Source: Candidatus Yanofskybacteria bacterium (GTDB taxonomy: Bacteria; Patescibacteriota; Minisyncoccia; Minisyncoccales; UBA10102). Taken from it: a stretch of DNA of 64,000 nt. The stretch spans positions 120-64,119 of the forward strand of contig JAUYJF010000006.1 of the NCBI GenBank assembly GCA_030688685.1, given 5' to 3'. Of the stretch, positions 55,477 to 64,000 are shown one piece after another. Every line of letters starts with the position of its first letter. The first letter of the stretch is position 1. The position numbers were made by a program, and so were the translations under genes. The notes beneath the pieces are model-generated. The model did not search any database. It was not told the origin of the DNA and worked only from the letters and a program-made list of their open reading frames with translations.

Positions 55477-55923
55477 TTAGAGTTCTTCCCTTCTTTGCCG
55501 CTGAATAACCCGCCAGTGGTAGAGATACAGGGGAAACCCTACCAATGCCATGGCCAAGGAATTGGATGCTTCCCGCTGTCGGCGCACAACGACAGGATCA
55601 ATCCGGGCGGAACGTTCCTGCCACTCGTTGTACTGGACAATCCACTGGGCCAAAAACTCCTTCTCTTCGTCTGTAAGAGCAATCTCCTCCTTCTGTTCCA
55701 GCGTGCCATTGGTATCTTTTGCAACTCTCTCCAGAGAGAACGCAGGGTATGGAGCGCGATCCCATAAACGTTCCTCTTGTTCCACTTGGGTAAACACAAA
55801 CGCCTTGAGAGCCATATCAATGAACCTTACCCCGCTGATGATAATCAGTACCAATCCCACCAGCGCGAACAGATACAAATAAATAGTGCGAATAATGGGA
55901 GCTGCGACAGATTGTTTTGCCAT
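55477..55923 (-). CDS. hypothetical membrane protein (2 TM)
   Basis: Hydrophobic N- and C-terminal helices. Confidence 0.5.
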   Translation of the reverse strand: MAKQSVAAPIIRTIYLYLFALVGLVLIIISGVRFIDMALKAFVFTQVEQEERLWDRAPYPAFSLERVAKDTNGTLEQKEEIALTDEEKEFLAQWIVQYNEWQERSARIDPVVVRRQREASNSLAMALVGFPLYLYHWRVIQRQRREEL

Positions 55924-56065
55924 GCGTTGTTATAGATATTATTGGTAATTGAGTCAGTATAGCATATTCCCTTTCCGCGCCATAGGCCCATATAGACGCT
56001 TGATTTTCCCTGGAGAATCTAGTATGCTCGCTTTTAGTAAATCTCTGTGAAAGTGAGGCAGGATC

Positions 56066-56707
56066 ATGGATAACGTCGACCCCGCGCAGTTGGAAATCAT
56101 CGACAGCCTGATCCGGGATGGCATCCTTACCAAGGTAAACGGCACAATGCCAAATTCCCTTGAAGGAAAACGCTGTCTTCTGGTGATGTGCGGCGACATG
56201 AATCATCGGCGCGATGTACAAGAGTTCTTCGAGAGAAAAATGGGAGCAGAAATTCACCTACTCAAGCTCCCAGGAGGCGCTGTTGAGCTTTCCCCGTACT
56301 CGCCTCGCAATAGGCTCTTTCCAGGCGACTTCGCTGCGCGCATGCGGGACGTGGTCAGGGCAATCAAAGCGCAGGGTCTGAATCATATCATTTCTGCCGG
56401 GCACTACCGATGTGGATCATGTTCACTCGATGAACTTGATCCAATCGGCAGCATGCTCCTGATCAAAAACGGGAAGAAGGAAACTATCCGCGCACTTACG
56501 GATAATTACCGAGAGCTGCGGGAGGCAGTGAGAGGAGCCGACTTCTGGAAGCCTAGCGAGCAGGACATCTCCTGCTTTCTCCATTGTTTTGCGGGAGATA
56601 TACTCACCGAGCACATCCAACAGGCGCGCACAGCATGGTTCATTTCAAGTGGTCTCGAGCCATGGATCATGCAGCACCACCCTGAGCTCATGCAACTCCT
56701 TATCTAA
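56066..56707 (+). CDS. hypothetical protein (213 aa)
   Basis: A GTGAGG RBS is about 7 nt upstream of the ATG and a strong terminator follows downstream. No family recognised. Confidence 0.5.
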   Translation: MDNVDPAQLEIIDSLIRDGILTKVNGTMPNSLEGKRCLLVMCGDMNHRRDVQEFFERKMGAEIHLLKLPGGAVELSPYSPRNRLFPGDFAARMRDVVRAIKAQGLNHIISAGHYRCGSCSLDELDPIGSMLLIKNGKKETIRALTDNYRELREAVRGADFWKPSEQDISCFLHCFAGDILTEHIQQARTAWFISSGLEPWIMQHHPELMQLLI

Positions 56708-56717
56708 GCAGGACCAA

Positions 56718-56752
56718 AAGCCACCAGAACAATTCTGGTGGCTTCCCTTATT
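56718..56752 (+). terminator. intrinsic terminator after the 56066..56707 gene
   Basis: AAGCCACCAGAA-caa-TTCTGGTGGCTT followed by a T-rich tract. A second hairpin CAGCCAGGTG/CACCTGGCTG at 56788-56814 follows. Confidence 0.55.
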
Positions 56753-56832
56753 TGTATAAACGTAAGCAGAACAAGGGGAAATAATACAGCCAGGTGAATT
56801 GTTCCACCTGGCTGCTTTTCTCCGCGAAGGTG

Positions 56833-57282
56833 TCATGAAGGGTCGGAAGAATCCTCAAGCACGAGGACTACCAACTCTTTCGGCCCACCCACACCCGGTA
56901 TTTTTTCCAGCAGAGTGTGGATGTGCCTCTTGACCATCTTTACGGATATTCCAAGCAATTCTGCGATTGCTTGGTTGGAAGCGCCCTCCCGCAACAGTTT
57001 CAATACCTGTTCTTCGCGTGGCGTGAGGGGTTTGGCAAGCTGCAAAGCGCAAGAGTAACCAAAATGTTCGGCTGCAAGCTTTACCAGCTCTCTCCTCCTC
57101 AACTTTTCTTCGCTGGTCCGGAGAAGCTTGCCACTAAACCTAGATACGTGCGCTTTGACGGTGCGCACGGTCATGCCCAACATTTTTGCGATTATCTTGT
57201 TTGAATGCCCCTTCCCTACCTCCCGTAGCACCTGCTCCTCGCGGCGCGTAAGAGGAGGGATAGCTTGCGGAAGAACTACCAT
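56833..57282 (-). CDS. tandem LuxR/GerE-type HTH protein with no receiver or ligand domain
   Basis: There are two copies of LTxREx(Q)VL...G.SNK.IA..LG.SV.TVK.H. Start placed at the internal ATG. Confidence 0.7.
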   Translation of the reverse strand: MVVLPQAIPPLTRREEQVLREVGKGHSNKIIAKMLGMTVRTVKAHVSRFSGKLLRTSEEKLRRRELVKLAAEHFGYSCALQLAKPLTPREEQVLKLLREGASNQAIAELLGISVKMVKRHIHTLLEKIPGVGGPKELVVLVLEDSSDPS

Positions 57283-57366
57283 ATCGCGCCTCCTTCTTTC
57301 TGCTATAGAACATATATACATTGAGAGCCTGTTTTGTCAACACCACACTTCAAGCCGCCAGACGAA

Positions 57367-57687
57367 CTATGTCGCTGGCGGCTTTTTCATTTTTTCCCGA
57401 TGATCGCGGAGCCCACGAATAGTTCCTATAGTCGCAACAATGACTATCGTGGTAGTCGCTGTGGCTCCCGCAACAATAAAGAAGGTTCTTCTGCTGAAGT
57501 GCAGGAGCGCCAGCTTTTTGGCGAGCTTGCGCAGCTTTTTTTCTGCCCCGCGGGGATCTTTGGCAGCCTCCCTGGCAATCTCTTCTGGATTGCCAGGGAT
57601 TCTATACTTCCTCATAAACCTCTCAAGGGTGGTAGAGGCAACCACCACACCAGGATCTTCACCAGATCCGTGATCATCTTGATTCAT
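57367..57687 (-). CDS. hypothetical protein with a C-terminal TM helix
   Basis: An ORF with a hydrophobic C-terminus (FFIVAGATATTTIVIVATIG). Confidence 0.4.
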   Translation of the reverse strand: MNQDDHGSGEDPGVVVASTTLERFMRKYRIPGNPEEIAREAAKDPRGAEKKLRKLAKKLALLHFSRRTFFIVAGATATTTIVIVATIGTIRGLRDHREKMKKPPAT

Positions 57688-57746
57688 TCTCTCCTCCTTT
57701 CAGAACCAAACTGCGGCGTATGTATCAGTAGACGACCAATGTGCTT

Positions 57747-58169
57747 TTATCTTCCAACTTCCTCTTTCTGGGGCGTCATGGGAAGAATATCTCCGGAAAG
57801 GCGGATGAGAAGTTTCTCAATGGCGGCATTCGGGAAATGCGCTCGTAAGGCAACTTCCGCGCGATCAAGCTGTTCTCTTTGGAACTGCGTTTCCTCTTCA
57901 AAGCCGGCGAACGTTTGGCTTCCTCCATACGCGCCGCAATCCTCATGCTGAATAAGAATAATAGTATCTGGATGATGAAGCCGATCTGAAACCAGGAGAT
58001 CTCCAAGCTCTACGTTGTTCTGTTCCCCGTCATCCAAGAGATGCTTAATCCCCCCGGCAAGAGAAAGAAGATCGTAATTCTCAGGGTATCGGGTGTCCAA
58101 ATACGTGTTCAAATATTTCTGAATGCGGAAATCAATGCAATGAACCGCGACTGCTTTACATGAATGCAT
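57747..58169 (-). CDS. beta-carbonic-anhydrase-like protein
   Basis: A CxDxR-like motif (VHCIDFR) and HxxCG (HEDCGA). Confidence 0.5.
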   Translation of the reverse strand: MHSCKAVAVHCIDFRIQKYLNTYLDTRYPENYDLLSLAGGIKHLLDDGEQNNVELGDLLVSDRLHHPDTIILIQHEDCGAYGGSQTFAGFEEETQFQREQLDRAEVALRAHFPNAAIEKLLIRLSGDILPMTPQKEEVGR

Positions 58170-58178
58170 AGGTTTTTA

Positions 58179-60722
<2,544 letters not shown>

Positions 60723-60725
60723 ATA

Positions 60726-62276
60726 CTATGCGCTTAAAAAACTCACTGAAAATTCGCTTATCGCTTTTTTCATCTTCTCTTGCGCCTCTTCCGGGAAATC
60801 TCCTGTTTCCTGAATCGAAGAAAGGATCGCGGGGTGATGGTTCTTCAGGTACTCCAGCAATTTTCCCTCAAACTCCCTCACGCGCTCCAAGGGAATCTCA
60901 TCCAGGTACCCTGAAGTTCCCGCAAAGAGTACCGCGACCTGCTCCTCAAAAGGCAGAACCTCCCCCTGGCCTTGCTTGAGGAGTTCTGTGAGGCGAGCTC
61001 CCCGCGTAATGCGCCTGCGGGTTGCTTCGTCCAGGTCTTGGGCAAATTGCACAAAAGCAGCAAGCTCCTGGTACTGGGCAAGTTCCAGTTTCATGGGTCC
61101 TGCGACTTTCTTCATTGCCTTGGTCTGGGCAGCTGACCCCACCCGCGAGACAGACGCTCCGATATTGACGGCGGGCCGCTGGCCGCGCGCGAAAAGATCG
61201 GTCTCCAGAAAGATCTGCCCGTCGGTAATAGAAATAACGTTTGTGGGAATGTAGGCGGAAATATCATTCGCCTGTGTTTCCACAATTGGAAGAGCGGTTA
61301 AGGAACCTCCTCCTTTTGCTTTTGAGAGCTTGGCGGCGCGTTCCAATAACCTGGAATGAAGATAAAAGACGTCTCCCGGGTATGCCTCGCGGCCAGGCGG
61401 GCGACGGAGCAACAGGGAAACCTGCCGCCATGCTTGGGCGTGCTTTGAAAGGTCATCATATATAATGAGCACATCTTTGCCCTTGTCCCGGAAGTATTCT
61501 GCCATGGTGCATCCCGCGTACGGAGCCATGAACCAAAGCGGTGAGGGATCAGAAGCTTCAGCTACAACGACAATCGTATAATCCAGCGCTCCTTTTGTTT
61601 TCAGTTCCTGCGCAATCTGGGCAACCTTGGAAGCTTTCTGGCCAATAGCGACGTACACACATACAGGACGGGTTGCTTCCGGCTCATTCTTTTGGTTTAA
61701 AATAGCGTCAATCGCAAGAGCGGTCTTGCCAATCTGGCGGTCCCCGATAATCAGCTCGCGCTGTCCTCTCCCAATGGGGATGGTAGCGTCTATTACTTTG
61801 ATACCGGTGGCAAGGGACGTATTCACGGACTCCCGGTCAATCACAGAAGGAGCCCGACGCTCAATGGGAAGCTTCTCAAGCCCCGCAGCAAGAGGCCCTC
61901 GCCCGTCTACGGGAACACCTAAGGGATTCACAACTCTCCCTAACAAGGATTCCCCCACGGGAACTGAAAGAACGTGTTCTGTGCGCCTCACGATATCCCC
62001 TTCCTGCACCTCAGATTCCCCTTCCAGGAGTACAGCTCCAAGGGAGTATTCCTCCAAGCTCAACACAAGAGCGGAAAAGGAAGCTGCCTTCTCGTTCTGT
62101 GAGGGAGCGGGAAACCGCTCCACGCGAATCATCTCTGAGAACATCGCGTTGGGAAGTCCTTCCACCTGTACAATGCCATCGGCCACAGAGACGACCCGGC
62201 CCACCTCTTCCCCTTTTGTCTTGATCTCTACTCCTTCAAGCTGTTTTTTTAATATGTCAATAAATCCCTTGTCCAT
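60726..62276 (-). CDS. atpA: F1 ATP synthase alpha subunit
   Basis: GDRQIGKT Walker A. Start placed at [11 protein letters not shown]. Confidence 0.95.
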   Translation of the reverse strand: MDKGFIDILKKQLEGVEIKTKGEEVGRVVSVADGIVQVEGLPNAMFSEMIRVERFPAPSQNEKAASFSALVLSLEEYSLGAVLLEGESEVQEGDIVRRTEHVLSVPVGESLLGRVVNPLGVPVDGRGPLAAGLEKLPIERRAPSVIDRESVNTSLATGIKVIDATIPIGRGQRELIIGDRQIGKTALAIDAILNQKNEPEATRPVCVYVAIGQKASKVAQIAQELKTKGALDYTIVVVAEASDPSPLWFMAPYAGCTMAEYFRDKGKDVLIIYDDLSKHAQAWRQVSLLLRRPPGREAYPGDVFYLHSRLLERAAKLSKAKGGGSLTALPIVETQANDISAYIPTNVISITDGQIFLETDLFARGQRPAVNIGASVSRVGSAAQTKAMKKVAGPMKLELAQYQELAAFVQFAQDLDEATRRRITRGARLTELLKQGQGEVLPFEEQVAVLFAGTSGYLDEIPLERVREFEGKLLEYLKNHHPAILSSIQETGDFPEEAQEKMKKAISEFSVSFLSA

Positions 62277-62280
62277 GAAA

Positions 62281-62673
62281 CTATGCATTATGCAATTGAT
62301 TTTGAATTCTTTGAAGCTTTCCCCGCACGGTCGCGTCAAGGAGCGTATGTGTTCCTAAAAAGAGGGCGACTCCTTCTCCGAGCGCGGGATTCCGCGACAC
62401 TGTACTATCATATCCCAGCTCAGAAAGCCGCTGTTCCAGAGCGCGCATCATCTTCTCTGGCATCTCCTCTCCTCCGATGAGCTGAGCGTGAGAAGAGTTC
62501 TGAGCGCGCCATCTCCGGGAGAACTCAAAAAGTATAGCCCCTCTCAGTTTTCCATCTCCCTTCTTCTTTAAAAACTCAACGAAGCGCGCTCCCATTGCCT
62601 CAAATTGCCGTTTTCCTTTTTCTTCCGCGAGTTCCGCGAGAAGCTGCGCATAGAGAGAAACTTTACCGTGCAT
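62281..62673 (-). CDS. atpH: F1 ATP synthase delta (OSCP) subunit, short
   Basis: Identified by position and an OSCP-like helical sequence. Confidence 0.7.
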   Translation of the reverse strand: MHGKVSLYAQLLAELAEEKGKRQFEAMGARFVEFLKKKGDGKLRGAILFEFSRRWRAQNSSHAQLIGGEEMPEKMMRALEQRLSELGYDSTVSRNPALGEGVALFLGTHTLLDATVRGKLQRIQNQLHNA

Positions 62674-63172
62674 GGCTTTGGAGTGATTCTTCTATTTCCT
62701 GAAGAAGCGCTTCCCTATCCTTCGCGGTCATTGCGCGCTTGAGAACCTTTTCGGCAGAGAGGAGCGCCAATGTTGCGATTTCCTCTTTTGCCTCCTGGAT
62801 AGCCTGATCCTTTTCTCTCCGAATATCTTCTTGCGCGCGAGCGAGTTCTTTGCCCGTCTCCTCTTTTGCGCGGGCGATCATCTCCCGCTCCCGTTCCGCT
62901 CCCCTTTCCTTCGCCTCAGACAGGAGCTGCTCTGCCTGACGCTTTACGCGGGCCAATTCCTGCTTGCGCATTTCCTGCGTGCGCGCTATTTCATCCTCCG
63001 CTTTCTGGCGCATCTCCAATCCTTCCTGAATGCGCTTTCTCCGCTCTTCAAGAAAGGACAAGAGTGGACGGAACACAAACCAGGCAAGGAGACCTGCTAC
63101 AATGCCAAAATTGACCGCTTGCGCAAGCAGCAAACGCCAGTCAATTCCAAATTGTGCGAGCAGATCTCCCAT
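62663..63172 (-). CDS. atpF: F0 ATP synthase subunit b
   Basis: An N-terminal TM then a long charged helix. Start placed at MGDLLAQ. Confidence 0.8.
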   Translation of the reverse strand: MGDLLAQFGIDWRLLLAQAVNFGIVAGLLAWFVFRPLLSFLEERRKRIQEGLEMRQKAEDEIARTQEMRKQELARVKRQAEQLLSEAKERGAEREREMIARAKEETGKELARAQEDIRREKDQAIQEAKEEIATLALLSAEKVLKRAMTAKDREALLQEIEESLQSHAR

Positions 63173-63192
63173 TTCCCAAGAAAAGGTCAAAA

Positions 63193-63420
63193 TTATACAA
63201 ACTTAATAGACAATGCGACTACCAGTGCGTAAATCGCGATGGCTTCCGCGAACGCAATCGCCAGAATCATGGCGGTTTGAACCTTGGAAGCAGACTCCGG
63301 ATTCCTTCCGATCGCTTCCATTGCTTTTCCTGCAAGCATCCCGATCGCAATGGCGGGACCTACGACTCCAAGTCCGATTGCCAATGCTGCTGCGAACGAT
63401 TTTGCGACTTCTAACTCCAT
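63193..63420 (-). CDS. atpE: F0 ATP synthase subunit c
   Basis: Hairpin with GRNPE and the conserved carboxylate context (FAEAIAIY). Confidence 0.95.
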   Translation of the reverse strand: MELEVAKSFAAALAIGLGVVGPAIAIGMLAGKAMEAIGRNPESASKVQTAMILAIAFAEAIAIYALVVALSIKFV

Positions 63421-63457
63421 ATCAGTAGGGAATAAATAAAATAATAAGCGACCTTGT

Positions 63458-64000
63458 CTAATGTTCTTCCGCGTGGCCTTCGGTTGCTATTTTCAAGAAG
63501 ACCAGTGTCAGCATAGCAAAAATAAACGCCTGGATAAACCCTATGAACAATTCCAGCCCGTAAAAAGGGACGGGCGCGAGGAAGGGCACCAGGGCTAAGG
63601 CAACCACCAGAAGCACTTTTCCCGCGAAGATATTCCCAAAAAGACGGAAGGAAAAGGAAAGTACTTTGGCAAGTTCTCCCACAAGCTCCAGTAATCCCAC
63701 GAACAGAAATACCGGTCCCTTGTTCAATACAATGTATTTGGATGCCTGCGTGAAAAATCCAAGTTTTTTCATGCCATATATCTGTGCTCCAACCACAGAA
63801 ATAAGCGCAAGGGCAAGCGTGGTGTTCAGGTCGCTGTTCGCTCCCCGGAAGATTGGCTTTAATACCTGTTCCCCGTGGTATTCCTGGAAAAACCCGATGG
63901 AACCCACTCCCGGGAGAATGCCCAGCCAATTATTGAGAAGAATAAAGAGAAAAAACGCGGCAACCAAAGGGAAAAACTGCATTGCTTGTTTGCGGTTTCC
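63458..64000 (-). CDS. atpB: F0 ATP synthase subunit a, C-terminal part; the N-terminus is beyond the window end
   Basis: Conserved Arg helix (FSFRLFGNIFAG) and C-terminal TM helices. Confidence 0.85.
   Translation of the reverse strand, partial: GNRKQAMQFFPLVAAFFLFILLNNWLGILPGVGSIGFFQEYHGEQVLKPIFRGANSDLNTTLALALISVVGAQIYGMKKLGFFTQASKYIVLNKGPVFLFVGLLELVGELAKVLSFSFRLFGNIFAGKVLLVVALALVPFLAPVPFYGLELFIGFIQAFIFAMLTLVFLKIATEGHAEEH

Overview
64-kb window from what looks like a small-genome bacterium with Candidate Phyla Radiation / Patescibacteria-like traits. There is no rpmD between rpsE and rplO, S14 is the Z-type, L24 carries a zinc ribbon, there is a PEGA-domain protein, AlaRS is short (624 aa), RNA polymerase alpha lacks the C-terminal domain, and F1 epsilon is truncated. 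Almost everything is on the minus strand and is tightly packed core machinery. Working from low coordinates upward: the N-terminal 299 nt of murA, an rpsI–rplM pair, the alpha operon (rpsM, rpsK, rpsD, rpoA, rplQ, plus infA and an rpmJ missing from the ORF track), an FtsA/PilM-like gene, alaS, mnmA, tpiA, secY–adk–map, the spc and S10 ribosomal operons, the str operon (rpsL–rpsG–fusA–tuf–rpsJ), ndk, hup, a PAS histidine kinase with a CheY-like regulator, trxB, a GH15 glycosidase, an FKBP isomerase, and a complete F-type ATP synthase operon (atpB is cut by the window end). I found two tRNAs that the ORF track cannot show: tRNA-Glu(UUC) on the minus strand and tRNA-Pro(GGG) on the plus strand. 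The regions that are not core are: (i) an island at 11.7–15.5 kb next to tRNA-Glu with a DUF1874 protein (the AcrIII-1/Crn2 ring-nuclease family) and small acidic paralogues, each followed by a conserved ~60-nt hairpin element; (ii) a ~330-nt highly structured alaS leader ending in an intrinsic terminator 17 nt before the start codon; (iii) a ~3.4-kb insertion that splits rpsJ from rplC, carrying a zinc-ribbon protein, a TauE exporter, an NYN nuclease flanked by direct repeats with a perfect 26-bp palindrome, and a convergent pair of paralogous ~58-aa single-TM proteins; (iv) a HicAB module; (v) an orphan Phd/YefM-like gene between fusA and tuf; (vi) an 18-bp perfect inverted repeat bracketing 257 bp upstream of hup; (vii) a strict 7-nt periodic TTGACA/GTCAA array between rpsC and rplP. 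No CRISPR array, integrase or transposase was seen. All calls come from reading the sequence and from remembered protein-family signatures; no database search was run.
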